Assembly: GCA_027310185.1 (NCBI GenBank) | Contig: DAIDBH010000017.1 | Span: 32,001 to 96,000, forward strand | Length of the DNA stretch: 64,000 nucleotides | Direction of reading: 5' to 3' | Source: Thermoplasmatales archaeon | GTDB taxonomy: Archaea; Thermoplasmatota; Thermoplasmata; Thermoplasmatales; Thermoplasmataceae | Shown here: positions 29,177 to 38,835 of the stretch, piece after piece | Position numbering within the stretch: the stretch's first letter is position 1 | Layout: every line of letters starts with the position of its first letter | Program-made: the position numbers and the translations under genes | The notes under the pieces: model-generated | Database searches by the model: none | Told to the model about the DNA's origin: nothing | The model's input: the letters and a program-made list of their open reading frames with translations, nothing else

Positions 29177-30277
29177 TCAGATATTGATTATCAGACTTAA
29201 AAGTGCCGAACGTTCTGGGAGAGTATCAACGAGTACATATTCATTTTCTGAATGAGCTCCGTCACCCACTGCACCTAGACCATCTATTACCGGACAATAT
29301 TTAGAACAGATATTACCATCGCTGGCTCCAGAAACAGAAACTTCATCCAGATTTATTCCAATTTGACTTGCCATAAGCTTCACTTTCTGGAAGAGTTCAC
29401 CTGTCAGCTTCGTCCTGATCATAGGTTCTCTCAATCTGTATTTGATTGATGCCACAGAGCCTTCTACATCTGGCTTTACTGATTTTAGAAATGATAATAC
29501 CCTTCCGGCAGCTTCTTCAGAACCGTATCTTAAGTCTATTCCAATTTCGCAGTAATCGGGTACCACATTTGTTCTCGTACCTCCACTGATTGTGCCTATA
29601 TTAATTAACGTGCCATCATCAATACCGGCATAAAAAACTCTAATCTTCTCGATTATAGAACTCATTGCATTTATTGCATTGACACCTTTATTCGGATCCA
29701 GCCCTGCATGTGCAGACTTCCCACTGGTGCTCAATGTTATGGTTCCGACCCCTTTTCTTTCTGTTTTTAGATTCCCATTGAGAGAAGCTTCCATGACCAG
29801 GGCAAATTTAGATCTTTTAGCTTCCTCTTCTATTATGGACCTGGAGAATGTGGAACCGATCTCTTCGTCTGATGTTACAAGCAAAACAACTCTGTTCTTA
29901 AGAGTCTTCTTACTTACTAGATAGTCCAGGGCAAAGAGGGTCTGTACCAGTCCTCCTTTCATATCAAAAACACCTGGTCCATAAGCCCGGCCATTTTCAA
30001 TCCTGAATGGATTTTTCAATGTTGTTCCCTCCCCAAAGACAGTATCATAATGAGTTAGGAGCAAAACCTGCTCGCTTGCATCTGGATTGAATACACAACG
30101 GAGATCGTTTCCAGCAGATTCAGATTTTATCAATTCGCATTCTACTCCATATAGCTTCCTTATTTTGGTTTGAAGGTAACCTGCAAAATCATCCAGAAGT
30201 TGTTTATTTGTTGAGGGGGTTTCCATGCTTACCATATCTCTGAGCATTTCTATCATTTCACCTTTTCTGGCTATCAT
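29177..30277 (-). CDS. M20 metallopeptidase (glutamate carboxypeptidase/desuccinylase-like)
   Basis: HYDTV, GPGVFDMKGG, DEEIGS, SAHAG, NVVP, SDGN, GAHS..E. Confidence 0.88.
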   Translation of the reverse strand: MIARKGEMIEMLRDMVSMETPSTNKQLLDDFAGYLQTKIRKLYGVECELIKSESAGNDLRCVFNPDASEQVLLLTHYDTVFGEGTTLKNPFRIENGRAYGPGVFDMKGGLVQTLFALDYLVSKKTLKNRVVLLVTSDEEIGSTFSRSIIEEEAKRSKFALVMEASLNGNLKTERKGVGTITLSTSGKSAHAGLDPNKGVNAINAMSSIIEKIRVFYAGIDDGTLINIGTISGGTRTNVVPDYCEIGIDLRYGSEEAAGRVLSFLKSVKPDVEGSVASIKYRLREPMIRTKLTGELFQKVKLMASQIGINLDEVSVSGASDGNICSKYCPVIDGLGAVGDGAHSENEYVLVDTLPERSALLSLIINI

Positions 30278-30291
30278 ATTATCCAGTATTT

Positions 30292-31386
30292 CTATGATAA
30301 CACCCCTTCTTCAACTTTGAATTTGTTGAGCATCGATTCATTCAACTGCACTCCTATTCCTGGAGAATTGAATGGTTTAATAATTCCTTCATTCATTTCA
30401 AACAGCCTATCCACTATATCCTGGTTGAAATATCTCTCGTTAGGAGAAGTGTCACCCGGATAGTCTATATACTCACTGGATGCCATTGCTATGTTAAATG
30501 CTCTTCCAATTCCTGTTTCAAGCATACCACCGACCCATGAATGTCCCTTATTTTTTCTGGCAATTCGTGCTATGAGATTGGAATTATACAATCCACCAAC
30601 TCTACCGGGCTTAATGTTCACGACCTTACATGCACCCACTTCAAAAGCATTTTCTGCTATTTCTGGGGACGTAATGGATTCATCCAGGCATATTGGTGTT
30701 GAAAGCAATTTTGAAAGTTTCGAGTGGTAGATTATATCATCATGATAAAGTGGCTGTTCCAGATAGACTAAGTCAAATCTATCAATTTTTTCAAGCAGGT
30801 GAAAATCCTTAACAGTATAATCACTGTTGGCGTCCGCACTGAGAACTATATCGGGAAACTGATCTCTTATGGGCCTTAATATTGCAACTTCTTCCCCTTT
30901 CTTGATTTTTACTTTGATCCTTTTGTATCCTTTATCCAGTGATTCCTGAATTTTTTGCAGGGTAATATTTATTTTATCGATTCCTATGGAAATGCCAGCA
31001 TTTGCATAACCTCTTGGCTTCTCACCTAGAAACTCGAAAAGAGGTTTTTCCGCTATCTTGGAATGATAATCATAGAGCAACATTTCCATGGCTGCCTTTG
31101 CCATGTTGTTTCCCCTGATAAATTTGGAATCCTCATTGAACTTTTCAGGCAATGGCATTCCTTGAACCAATTTCACAAGATAACTCCTGATAATGTGAAA
31201 TGCTGTTGTATTATCCTCCGGCCCATAAAATGGATCCTCACTCGTAATTAATTCCGAGAATGCCCTGATCCCTTCATGATTCAGTTCAAAAATAATAACG
31301 TCCTTGTCCGAGGTAGTTCCAAAGCTAGTGGTGAACGGAGATTTCATCGGAATCTTCAACTTGTAATATTTCAGGTTCATGAACAA
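30292..31386 (-). CDS. menC: o-succinylbenzoate synthase / N-succinylamino acid racemase (NSAR/OSBS subfamily)
   Basis: PFTTSFG, KVKI, DAN, EQPL, CLDESI, NIKPGRVGG, WVGGMLETGIGRA, PGDTS. Confidence 0.9.
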   Translation of the reverse strand: MFMNLKYYKLKIPMKSPFTTSFGTTSDKDVIIFELNHEGIRAFSELITSEDPFYGPEDNTTAFHIIRSYLVKLVQGMPLPEKFNEDSKFIRGNNMAKAAMEMLLYDYHSKIAEKPLFEFLGEKPRGYANAGISIGIDKINITLQKIQESLDKGYKRIKVKIKKGEEVAILRPIRDQFPDIVLSADANSDYTVKDFHLLEKIDRFDLVYLEQPLYHDDIIYHSKLSKLLSTPICLDESITSPEIAENAFEVGACKVVNIKPGRVGGLYNSNLIARIARKNKGHSWVGGMLETGIGRAFNIAMASSEYIDYPGDTSPNERYFNQDIVDRLFEMNEGIIKPFNSPGIGVQLNESMLNKFKVEEGVLS

Positions 31387-31565
31387 TCGATTCAGGAAAT
31401 ATAGATAAAGATTTTGAAATGTTTTCCAGTGAATAAAAAAATTTTAACAATACAGATTTTGTTCCAACACAAGAATTCATTACCATTATCTTCAGGACTC
31501 TCATGCTATGAACATATTTACGTTTGGTAACAAACTTAATTTAACCAGGAAGAATCTTAAGAATT

Positions 31566-32675
31566 GTGTATAGTGATGTTAAGAGAGGAACTGTCGAGAC
31601 CAGAGAGATGCTCATAGATTCTCTTGATTCAGTTTTCAGGCCTGGAAATGTTACCGGTTCATCCATGGGGATTGAATTTCCTCATTTATTATCTGTTGAG
31701 AATATACAAAATACGTTCTACATTGACGATGGAAAAGTTCCTGTTAGCCAGGCAAGTGTGCTTCTATCCAAGGTATATATTAACGGTGCTATCCTGGATG
31801 TTGCTTCCCTGGGTTCAGTATCCACATTAAAGGAACACAGGCATAAAGGACTCTCTACGAGAATCATCACTGAAATGACTGAATTCTACAGAGATTCCGG
31901 AATAGATCTACTACTGGTTTCTGGAGAGATCGAGCTGTATACAAAAATGGATTGCGTCAAAACTGGATCTGATTACTTAGCTGTGATTGATAAAACAGTA
32001 AAAAATAATGATATAGACCAGAAAGGGGACTATATGGTGAAAATAACTTCACCGGAGGAAAGAAAAGCTAATGCGGACCAATATCACAGGATTCACATGA
32101 AAGAAAAATTCAGGTACATGAGAACTTCTGATGAATTCAAGACTCTGTTAAACGCATTATGGTTTAAGAGGAAAGGTTTCCAGATGGAACTTCTTGAAAT
32201 TAGAGATCAGAATAAAACCCTACAGGCATACGCTGTTGTGTTCAAGAAGATAGGTGAAATGGAGGCAAAGGTAATGGAGTATGCAGGTTCAAGAAAAGCC
32301 ATAGCATCCTGCCTGCTTGATATACTCACTGAAATAAAATGTGACAGAATTAGGTTCAGGATAAATGATGATGATTTTGATCTTATGGAACAAATGTCCA
32401 GATTAGATGTAAAATTGGTTCATGAAAATGTTCAAGGAACATTAAAAGTACTTGATTCACAATCCATATTCAGAAAACTCAGACCGCTAATAATAGAAAA
32501 GTTAGGGGAAGATTTTGTTTTTAAAGAGATAAAAAATGATACATGGTCATTCATGTCTGTTTCTTTTGTCAAGGAGATTATGGGATATGGCCAGTTGACC
32601 CACTTCATATTTGATAAGATCGACGGGGCTCTAGGTCTTTCACTTATGTTTACCGATGACCTGAATTATATATAA
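31566..32675 (+). CDS. GNAT acetyltransferase, Eis-like architecture
   Basis: SLGSVST..EHRHKGLS, LLLVSG...LY, EYAGS. Confidence 0.75.
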   Translation: MYSDVKRGTVETREMLIDSLDSVFRPGNVTGSSMGIEFPHLLSVENIQNTFYIDDGKVPVSQASVLLSKVYINGAILDVASLGSVSTLKEHRHKGLSTRIITEMTEFYRDSGIDLLLVSGEIELYTKMDCVKTGSDYLAVIDKTVKNNDIDQKGDYMVKITSPEERKANADQYHRIHMKEKFRYMRTSDEFKTLLNALWFKRKGFQMELLEIRDQNKTLQAYAVVFKKIGEMEAKVMEYAGSRKAIASCLLDILTEIKCDRIRFRINDDDFDLMEQMSRLDVKLVHENVQGTLKVLDSQSIFRKLRPLIIEKLGEDFVFKEIKNDTWSFMSVSFVKEIMGYGQLTHFIFDKIDGALGLSLMFTDDLNYI

Positions 32676-32776
32676 AGTATAGACTGGATTCCATCCAATA
32701 CAGGATCATTACTTTTCTTACCCTTATCAATGCAATGATTCCTGTATATAAATGAAAAAATAGTGTAAATAATTTT

Positions 32777-33790
32777 TTACTCAGAAATTCTGCCTGCTCT
32801 CTGCTGGTCCTCGGCGCGCTGATCGTAGGGATAGGTTACTTCCAGTTCACTTGCCCTGTTTATCCTTTCAATATCAGCTTTTGACAGCTCCCATCCGGTT
32901 CCACCTAGGTTATCCTTCAGCTGTTCGAGGTTTCTTGCACCTATTATGGGTGAAGTAACTGCAGGGTTTCTGAGCAGCCAGTTAATGGAGACCTGTGCCA
33001 TGCTCTTATGATTCTTTTCAGATATCTTTTCAAGTGTATTGATTATGTTCTTTGCCCTTCTGGTTTCGAACTGCCTGTAAAATTCTGCATTGTTTGAGTC
33101 TCCTATTCTTGTTCCCTTTGACGCTTCTTCGATTCCGCCCTTATACTTTCCAGTCAGGAAACCTCCTGCCAGTGGACTCCATGGCATTACAGCAATATTC
33201 TCTTCTCTGGCCATAGGCAATAACTCAAACTCAGTGGCTCTAACAAAGATGTTGTAATGCGGCTGAAGGCTTACCGGTTCGTTCCAACCCTTTGATCTGC
33301 ATAACTGTAGTGCCTTCTCGAACTGCCAGGCCCTGAAATTGCTAATTCCGATATATCTTACATATCCATCTTCAACCATCCTGTTGAGTGTTCCAAATGT
33401 TTCTTCCAATGGAGTGAGGGCGTCCCATGTGTGTAACTGTAAAAGATCTATATAGTCTGTGTTCAATCTTTCCATGCTCTCCCTGACTGAGTGTAGGAGA
33501 TGTTTTCTTGATAATCCAACACCGTTAGCATGGTCACTCATCCTGAACCTGGCCTTCGTTGCAATGACAAGTGATTCCCTATCCTGCCTCTTGAGCCATT
33601 CACCTATGATTGTTTCTGATTTTCCGTGTGAGTATACATTTGCAGTATCGATAAAGTTCCCTCCATTTTCTGTGAAGTGATCTAAGATTTCATGACTCTG
33701 TGCCTCGTTTGCCTGCCATCCAAAAGTCATTGTACCAAGGCATAGATCACTAACTAGCATCCCAGTGTTTCCAAATTTCTTCATTTCCAT
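32777..33790 (-). CDS. Aldo/keto reductase
   Basis: LCLGTMTFG, DTANVY, IATK, DYIDLLQLH, GISN, WSPLAGG, PIIGA. Confidence 0.93.
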   Translation of the reverse strand: MEMKKFGNTGMLVSDLCLGTMTFGWQANEAQSHEILDHFTENGGNFIDTANVYSHGKSETIIGEWLKRQDRESLVIATKARFRMSDHANGVGLSRKHLLHSVRESMERLNTDYIDLLQLHTWDALTPLEETFGTLNRMVEDGYVRYIGISNFRAWQFEKALQLCRSKGWNEPVSLQPHYNIFVRATEFELLPMAREENIAVMPWSPLAGGFLTGKYKGGIEEASKGTRIGDSNNAEFYRQFETRRAKNIINTLEKISEKNHKSMAQVSINWLLRNPAVTSPIIGARNLEQLKDNLGGTGWELSKADIERINRASELEVTYPYDQRAEDQQRAGRISE

Positions 33791-34141
33791 AATGTAATGT
33801 ATAAGGTCTCTAACTTAAAAATATTTACCAGCGACTTTTGATCTTTTATAAAGACATTAGGTGGATCTGTTAAATAAGCTGATTATAAAAGTGGTTTGAT
33901 CTTTCATCTAAGCTCATGGATGAACCTAAATTTCATTTGCTGAGTGGATTCGTTGAGCGTCTTATATATTCACCAATACATGGAGTGTATACAAGACAGA
34001 GAATTAAATTTTCAACAGCATTAAATGAAATTTATATTTGGGAAATGGGGATTTTCAATTCTGATAATTAGATAACTTGATCTATGGAGTTAAAGCTCAT
34101 TCATGAAAAATAATTAAACCACAATGAGCATATACCCCTTA

Positions 34142-34966
34142 ATGAAATTAATTGAGAATTGGTTTTCAGAAAGATATTCAGATAACCTCCAGCTATCTTT
34201 CAGGGTGAGTGATCAGTTGCTATCAGTAAAAACTGATTTCCAGAGAATTGATGTTTTTGAGACATATGATTTTGGAAAGCTCCTATCCATAGATGGTACT
34301 GTACAGCTTACTGAAAAAGATGAGTTTGTGTACCACGACATGATAACAAGGATGCCATTTTACTATGCTGACGGAATCCCTGAAAAGGCACTGATAATTG
34401 GTGGAGGCGATGGAGGAGCTGCTGGGGAATTACTGAAGCTTGGACTGAAATCCATTGTCAATGTTGAGATAGATGGTCAGGTAGTCGAGGTATGCAGAAA
34501 GCACTTTCCCTCCCTGACTGCTTCATTCAATGATCCTAGGGTCAAGCTCATTGTGGATGATGGAATAAAATATGTCAGGAACACGAAAGAAAAATTCGAT
34601 ATTATAATTGTGGATTCAACTGATCCAGTAGGACCTGCAGAAGACCTTTTTAACGAGGAGTTCTATTCAAATGCTTCCAGGATACTGACCGATGGTGGCG
34701 TAGTTGTTACACAATCAGGATCACCATTCTACCAGCCTAAAGCCATCGAGCTGGCCAATAAAGGAATGAAAAAGTCATTTCCACATGTTGCAAGCTATGT
34801 TGCATTCATTCCAACATATCCAAGTGGTTTCTGGAGTTTCACAATGGCAAAGAAAAGCCAGATCAAGCTCAGAACAGAAAATGTGGAGAAGGGAAAATAC
34901 TTCAACCTGGAAATAGCAAAATCAAGTTTTGCACTGCCTGAGTTTGCAAAAAAACTCACGCTTTGA
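34142..34966 (+). CDS. speE: Spermidine synthase (polyamine aminopropyltransferase)
   Basis: [33 protein letters not shown]. Confidence 0.93.
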   Translation: MKLIENWFSERYSDNLQLSFRVSDQLLSVKTDFQRIDVFETYDFGKLLSIDGTVQLTEKDEFVYHDMITRMPFYYADGIPEKALIIGGGDGGAAGELLKLGLKSIVNVEIDGQVVEVCRKHFPSLTASFNDPRVKLIVDDGIKYVRNTKEKFDIIIVDSTDPVGPAEDLFNEEFYSNASRILTDGGVVVTQSGSPFYQPKAIELANKGMKKSFPHVASYVAFIPTYPSGFWSFTMAKKSQIKLRTENVEKGKYFNLEIAKSSFALPEFAKKLTL

Positions 34967-35333
34967 TCTTCCAGAAACTCTTCTTGTTCTGGAGCATTTG
35001 CTGATAGAGGCTTCCATGCTCCCTTGCAATTTTTTCAAGTTTTTTCATGTTTTTCATGAAGTGGGATTTGCTATCTGAATTGATATTCTTCATGAAGAAC
35101 CTGTCGTCCTCAATCCACTTATAGACGTAATAGATGAAAACTCCGCTTACAAATAGTGATACTATGAATATCCAGTCGTTCCAGTTTCCAATGGTATTCA
35201 ATCCAAATGAATATGTATTTACTGCGCCATTATGGAAGAATATGTAGTTAGTTGAAAATATCAGAAATATTAATCCGACTACAGCCATTACAAGATAGAA
35301 ATAGAGTGAAAATTCTCTTAATTTTGATGCCAT
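34956..35333 (-). CDS. Small membrane protein (DUF3198-like)
   Basis: Two TM segments, IGNW, SKS.F.KN; in operon with rdgB and kae1. Confidence 0.6.
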   Translation of the reverse strand: MASKLREFSLYFYLVMAVVGLIFLIFSTNYIFFHNGAVNTYSFGLNTIGNWNDWIFIVSLFVSGVFIYYVYKWIEDDRFFMKNINSDSKSHFMKNMKKLEKIAREHGSLYQQMLQNKKSFWKIKA

Positions 35334-35365
35334 CAGTCATCACATATATATTTTAAATTATAAAC

Positions 35366-35917
35366 TTAGTCCTCTATTCCAAGATACCGGATGAAGCTCT
35401 TTAAGGCATTTATCCTGTGGGAATGCTGATTCTTTTCCTCGATGCTCATTTCTGCCAGTGTTTTTTCACAGTTTTCCGGTATGAATATGGGATCAAAGCC
35501 AAACCCCGTTTTTCCCTTTTCCTCTTCTGCTATTTTACCATGCTCTTTTCCCTGAAATGTGAGGATCTTTTCTCCATCAAAGTAGGATATTACAGTAAGG
35601 AAATATGCTGACCTTTCCTTATTCCTAAGTAAGTCCAGAATTCCCAAGTTTCCTATTGTTCTGGAAACGTAAGATGAGTATGGGCCAGGGAAGCCATTCA
35701 GTGAATTGATATACAATCCCGTATCTTCCAGGAAGAATTTCTCTTCTATTTCCCTTGATAGCTTCATTGCGCTGTCCCTTGAGATTTCTTCAGTTGTGTC
35801 CCCCTGTATTTCCTCATATTTCATCTTTACCCACTGGCATTCTATTCCCCTATTTCCAAGGAATGACGATATTTCATTGAACTTATGCATATTGCTGGTC
35901 AAGAATTTTAAAATCAA
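35366..35917 (-). CDS. rdgB: Non-canonical purine NTP pyrophosphatase (Ham1/RdgB)
   Basis: TSN..KF, EIQ, EDTGL, GFPGPYS, GFGFDPIF, SHR. Confidence 0.94.
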   Translation of the reverse strand: MILKFLTSNMHKFNEISSFLGNRGIECQWVKMKYEEIQGDTTEEISRDSAMKLSREIEEKFFLEDTGLYINSLNGFPGPYSSYVSRTIGNLGILDLLRNKERSAYFLTVISYFDGEKILTFQGKEHGKIAEEEKGKTGFGFDPIFIPENCEKTLAEMSIEEKNQHSHRINALKSFIRYLGIED

Positions 35918-37494
35918 ACATATCTCCTCCTTTTCTCTATATCATGCAGTACATTGACTACCTCATTGCATCTTTCACTATTTTCCCTGTATATTCTCTC
36001 AAACTTCTCATATGCGTCATTTCCGTAAATTGAGATCATGCTCTCCTTCAGGAGTCTGATATCATATGCCATGTCAGTAAGCGTTTTAGATACCTTTCCC
36101 ATGCTGGGATCAATCAGATATATATTGCCTTCATTTAAGATCATATTGTTAAGTGTCAGATCGCCATGAATGATATCCACTTCATGCAGTCTTGAAACAC
36201 ATTTCGCTATCTCATCCAGGATTTCCACATCTACTTTCCCGATGTTTGATGCCTGAATTCCTGGTATTTCTTCCATTTCAAAGCTCATTCTATCTTCATT
36301 GATTGAAAATACCGAAGGCACATTTAAACCAGCTTCCATCATCCTGTGGAGCATCACTATTTCATTCCTCATTCTCTTATTTCTCAACCTGAGATCAAGC
36401 TCCCTGTTCCTGTATGACTTAATGATTCTTTCTTTCACGATTGAATCGTATTCGTGAAATCTTCCTTCACTTATTATCGACTCGGCCCCTTTCTTGCTGT
36501 ATATTATATTATTCTCTGATACCCACGGAGTGTCAACTTCATCTATGCGATACATCTGATCTATTCCAGTATCTTCTATTTTCTGACCACCGTAATTAAG
36601 GTATGTGAGAATAGCAGCCTGCCCGATCATTGCACCATTATCCATGCAGTATTTCTCTGGCGTTTCAAAAACCCTCACACCGAGATCTTCTGCCATCCTC
36701 GATATCATTTCCTTCAGCCTGTTATTCCGGGCTACTCCTCCAGCCAGAAGTATTTCGCTCTTTCCAGATGTGTACAGTGCCCTCTCAAGTGTTTCAACAA
36801 GCATGGAGAATGATATTTCCTGAATGCTGTATGAAACGTCGCTCTCACTTTCCCCTTTTTGAAGTAAATTTTTCGCGGCTGTGTATATTCCAGAAAATGA
36901 ACAGTCCATTCCGCTAACTGAATATGGAAGATCGAGCAAATTTGAACCCTGGATAGCAAGCCTTTCTATTTCAGGTCCACCTGGAAACGGAAATCCCATA
37001 TCCCTTGCAATTTTATCCAGCATATTTCCAATCCCAATATCAAGTGTCTCTCCAAAGACCCTGTATCTGCCGTTCTTGTGGGCTATTATCTGTGTATTTC
37101 CCCCTGAAACGTATAACATGACTGGATCATTGGCGCCTGTTTCCCTCCTCCCAATCTCAATATGCCCGAGGGGATGGTTTACTCCCACAATCGGTATATC
37201 AAGCTTGAGTGCCATTGCTCTTGCAGCCACCGCCGTGATTTTCAAAGATGGTGGAAGTCCTGGACCTCTCGAAAATCCAATCATTTCTATGTTTGATTCC
37301 CTGAATCCGGATTCCTGTATTGCCTTATGTATAACATTAACAACATTTTCAAAGTGAAAATTTGCAGCCTCCCTGGGATTTATTCCACCCTTTACCGGCT
37401 TATAGGTTCTTGATACCATGGAATATATGTGTTTTTCATCCAGTACTGATGCGCTTGTTGTATGAGCAGTGCCTTCGAGGCCGAGGGTAAGCAT
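35914..37494 (-). CDS. kae1: Fused Kae1-Bud32 t6A tRNA modification protein (KEOPS)
   Basis: EGTAHT, GPG, VNH..GHIE, SGGNTQ, DNGAMI, then kinase KGAE, IIHGDLT..N. Confidence 0.95.
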   Translation of the reverse strand: MLTLGLEGTAHTTSASVLDEKHIYSMVSRTYKPVKGGINPREAANFHFENVVNVIHKAIQESGFRESNIEMIGFSRGPGLPPSLKITAVAARAMALKLDIPIVGVNHPLGHIEIGRRETGANDPVMLYVSGGNTQIIAHKNGRYRVFGETLDIGIGNMLDKIARDMGFPFPGGPEIERLAIQGSNLLDLPYSVSGMDCSFSGIYTAAKNLLQKGESESDVSYSIQEISFSMLVETLERALYTSGKSEILLAGGVARNNRLKEMISRMAEDLGVRVFETPEKYCMDNGAMIGQAAILTYLNYGGQKIEDTGIDQMYRIDEVDTPWVSENNIIYSKKGAESIISEGRFHEYDSIVKERIIKSYRNRELDLRLRNKRMRNEIVMLHRMMEAGLNVPSVFSINEDRMSFEMEEIPGIQASNIGKVDVEILDEIAKCVSRLHEVDIIHGDLTLNNMILNEGNIYLIDPSMGKVSKTLTDMAYDIRLLKESMISIYGNDAYEKFERIYRENSERCNEVVNVLHDIEKRRRYV

Positions 37495-37528
37495 TTATTG
37501 TGTATGCCTGATCTTTATATAATTATGA

Positions 37529-38746
37529 TCAGGCCTTATTGTATGTGAAAAGGGCATATATCGTAGCAATGAACAGTATTCCAGCTCCAATTGATCCAAA
37601 GGCAAGCGTTTTAAGTCTGTCCTTCAGTGTTCTGGTTGCTGCAGAGCTGGCAAAAACAAGGGATGCCACAGCTGAGGATGTTGTGCTTAACCTGTATAAT
37701 ACGCCAATAGTAGTTATATGGCCATGGAAATGGAATCCAATCATGCTGAATATGGCTGGTATGAATCCCCTGAAATAGAACACTTCAAGGAAAATGATTC
37801 CTTTCAATAGAATAACCGCAAGAAATACGACTGGAAGAGTATAGGTAAATACCTGCTCAATCCTGTAGAATTTATTTGCCCTCTTCAGCGAGCCATTTCT
37901 CAGGCTCTTGAAGAATGTTCTCCATCCAGTTCTTGACCATCTTATATTCTGCTTCATGTAACTTTTTATATTGTCCTTAGGAATGGTCGTTACCCTTGCT
38001 TCAAAGGATTTTGTCGCAATGTATCCCTTGCCTATTATGTATGATGTAAGGTCTGCATCATCTCCCCCACCGTAATATGGAATTTTCCCTTCAATCTTGA
38101 AGTCGTAGAATGCTGGTGATGTAATGTATTTTCCAACAACATCCATCCTGTATGAACCAAAACCCCCATCTATTAGCATTACACTCCCGAAATGCTTCAT
38201 TGATCTCTGGATGATTTCCTTTGATCTCTCAATGAACTGTGAGGCATATGATGTGAACCTGCCATCCATAGTGTCAAATATTATATTTCCACCAACTCCT
38301 CCAACTTTTGGTGAATATTCATCCAGTATATTCTTAATGGCGTCTGTTTCAGGGATCATGTCCCCATCCATGAACACTACGATTTTTGTCTTAACTCTGG
38401 AAACCCCAAGGGCCATAGCCCTTCTCTTCCCGGAATGAACACCAGTGGTTAGAAAAGTGACACCTTCATCCTTGCACAGCGATAGGTATGGTTCCTCGAC
38501 TCCATCCCCCACTACTAGTATTTCCTTGACCTGATCCCTCACTGCTGCTATTGCCCTCTTCAGGTGATCCACCGATTCGTTGAATACTGTGATGACCAGT
38601 GTGGCATCCTGTGAAGTCAATCCATCTGATTTTACATGGGGTGAATTTTTCCTTCTTGAAAGATATGAATTTAAAAGGTAGTATGTTACTGAAAGTACGG
38701 ATGAAACCGCCGTTATGGTAATAAAAAGGAGGAATTCTATTCGCAT
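37529..38746 (-). CDS. Processive GT2 glycosyltransferase (hyaluronan synthase/NodC-like)
   Basis: GKR.AM, DGD, GDDADLT, QNIRW (QxxRW), N- and C-terminal TMs. Confidence 0.8.
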   Translation of the reverse strand: MRIEFLLFITITAVSSVLSVTYYLLNSYLSRRKNSPHVKSDGLTSQDATLVITVFNESVDHLKRAIAAVRDQVKEILVVGDGVEEPYLSLCKDEGVTFLTTGVHSGKRRAMALGVSRVKTKIVVFMDGDMIPETDAIKNILDEYSPKVGGVGGNIIFDTMDGRFTSYASQFIERSKEIIQRSMKHFGSVMLIDGGFGSYRMDVVGKYITSPAFYDFKIEGKIPYYGGGDDADLTSYIIGKGYIATKSFEARVTTIPKDNIKSYMKQNIRWSRTGWRTFFKSLRNGSLKRANKFYRIEQVFTYTLPVVFLAVILLKGIIFLEVFYFRGFIPAIFSMIGFHFHGHITTIGVLYRLSTTSSAVASLVFASSAATRTLKDRLKTLAFGSIGAGILFIATIYALFTYNKA

Positions 38747-38835
38747 TTAATACCATGCTGTATCACTAGGCAATACTAATAAGTTAGTGGTACTAGTATT
38801 TAGTACATATAGTCCCTGAGTCTTGTTATTGAAGG

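Noticed and set aside
30292-31386. Menaquinone biosynthesis operon
   Set aside because: No other men genes in the window; GNAT and M20 neighbours point to a racemase role, though bifunctionality is possible.
2268-33790. Peptidoglycan or pseudomurein biosynthesis cluster
   Set aside because: No Mur ligases, MraY, MurG, Ddl or transglycosylase; the recognisable enzymes are degradative or salvage types.
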